Source: Amoebophrya sp. A120
Lineage: Eukaryota; Protista; Dinoflagellata
Direction: 5' to 3'
NCBI GenBank assembly: GCA_905178155.1
Contig: CAJINV010000022.1
Coordinates: 186,001 to 250,000 of the forward strand
DNA length: 64,000 nucleotides
The notes beneath the pieces are model-generated. The model did not search any database and had not been told where the DNA came from. It worked only from the letters and a program-made list of their open reading frames with translations. Within the stretch, counting starts at the first letter, position 1; every line of letters begins with the position of its first letter. A program made the position numbers and the translations under genes. Positions 62,995 through 64,000 of this stretch are shown piece after piece.

Positions 62995-63179
62995 TATAAT
63001 TTGCATTCGCCCACCCGTCCTGCTCCCAGAACATGTCGCATGGGGGGGATAATCCTGTTGCCTCGTTCATCTGGTAGTTGTTTGACACTGGGGGCACCGG
63101 AGCATTCTGGGTTTGCGCCCAGCTTTCGTGGCCGCGCTCCGTGGCACCCACGACACGTGATTTCTTCGATGCAATATTA
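62995..63179. mobile_element. Degenerate introner
   Basis: tataatttgcattcg...cgatgcaatatta; flanks acgca/acgag. Confidence 0.5.
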
Positions 63180-63512
63180 ACGAGCGGCCCGTGTTGCAGA
63201 CTGTTTGCGCGTGTGGGGCCGGCCAGGCAGCGTGGGATGTGGTCCGGCAGTGTGTGAAACCGTTGGGCGGCCGCGCCACAGGTCGCACCTGCTATCGGCC
63301 TCCTGGCCCGATGTTGTCGGGGTCAGTGGCCTTGCGACGGAGCACGAGTTGTGGCCCCAACACTGATTGATGAGGGTGCTTGTCGATCACGCGCGCAATT
63401 ATCGCGATTGTGCCGCACCAGCTGACGAGCGCGCATCCAGACTGTGCCGCCCAACCTTTTTCATTACCACGGAGAAACTAGGACACAACCTGTCCTGGGG
63501 CTGGGCTGTGTT

Positions 63513-64000
63513 TACGCATTGCAAAAGAAAAAATATCCGGGTCTGGAATTAGGGTGCGCAGCTGGAAGTTGCGGGACTCCACCGAGGTCTGTATTGCATG
63601 AAGGGGATCAACATTGGCCCGCGGTTTTTTTGAAATCGTGTTGGAAGGCAGTTGTTGGTCCTCGCCATGCTCAATCGAAGACGAATGAACACGAAATAAG
63701 ACCCGAACAACTTGCGATGCGCCGTTCATGATCATGCGGTAGTACTGAGGAGTAAGTAGGTACTGAGGAGTAAGTAAAAGAAGCGGATGCGGACAGTAAT
63801 GCTGGGTGGCGCAGGAAAGCGCTGCATCTTCAGCATGACAGGAGGCAACTAGAAATGGGAAACAGCACGACAAATCGCCTGCAATGAAGGCCGCAGCTGC
63901 GTCTCATGGCCTTCTAGCAATACAAGGCGACTTGTGTTGTACTCAAATACAGCATCACAAATTTCCTTTTCGATATGGGGAGGCGGGGTGATTTTTCTTT
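63513..64000. mobile_element. Degenerate or composite introner sequence (family A-like left end, family K right end), truncated by the window
   Basis: tacgcattgcaaaa...gggtctggaa at 63513; gcatcacaaa...gatatggggaggcggggtgattttt at the window end resembles 59969-60022. Confidence 0.6.

Larger units (their letters stand above)
61749..64000 (+). pseudogene. Decaying or poorly assembled introner-interrupted gene, 3'-partial
   Basis: MAKSSLYGFASGVLALTT... can be spliced across 61847-62110, 62136-62320 and about 62400-62703 into ORF 62751. After about 62995-63179 the frames I tested stop near 63365, and element ends are eroded. Confidence 0.45.

Noticed and set aside
62400-64000. A single long autonomous parent element
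   Set aside because: A matching right end lies near 62703; the rest resolves into exon-like pieces and other decayed elements with no transposase signature.

Overview
Eukaryotic, dinoflagellate-like DNA. My inference is the parasitic syndinean Amoebophrya, based on the invasion of non-canonical inverted-repeat introners and on all genes lying on one strand. The ORF track is fragmented because + strand genes are interrupted by about 60 short (109-416 bp) MITE-like elements. These fall into at least 11 terminal-inverted-repeat (TIR) families, nearly all with TAT...ATA ends and a 5-bp target-site duplication (TSD). I resolved 59 essentially intact elements by hand; 33 have a perfect TSD. Removing an element plus one TSD copy restores the reading frame, usually without GT-AG ends. 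Reassembled genes: two large low-complexity paralogs sharing an unnamed domain, a putative tail-anchored protein, a CoA-pyrophosphatase-type Nudix hydrolase, a GAF-domain cyclic-nucleotide phosphodiesterase, an intronless hypothetical membrane protein, a CRAL-TRIO/Sec14 protein, a UBE3C-like HECT E3 ligase, and a decaying gene at the right edge. The least expected feature is a tandem array of three diverged RNase MRP-like RNA genes (35970-37524) with compensatory base changes in helices P1, P4 and P8. Two copies carry the TTGTCATGC/GCATGACAA motif that recurs inside the introners. All coordinates and counts were read by eye; no searches or alignments were run.
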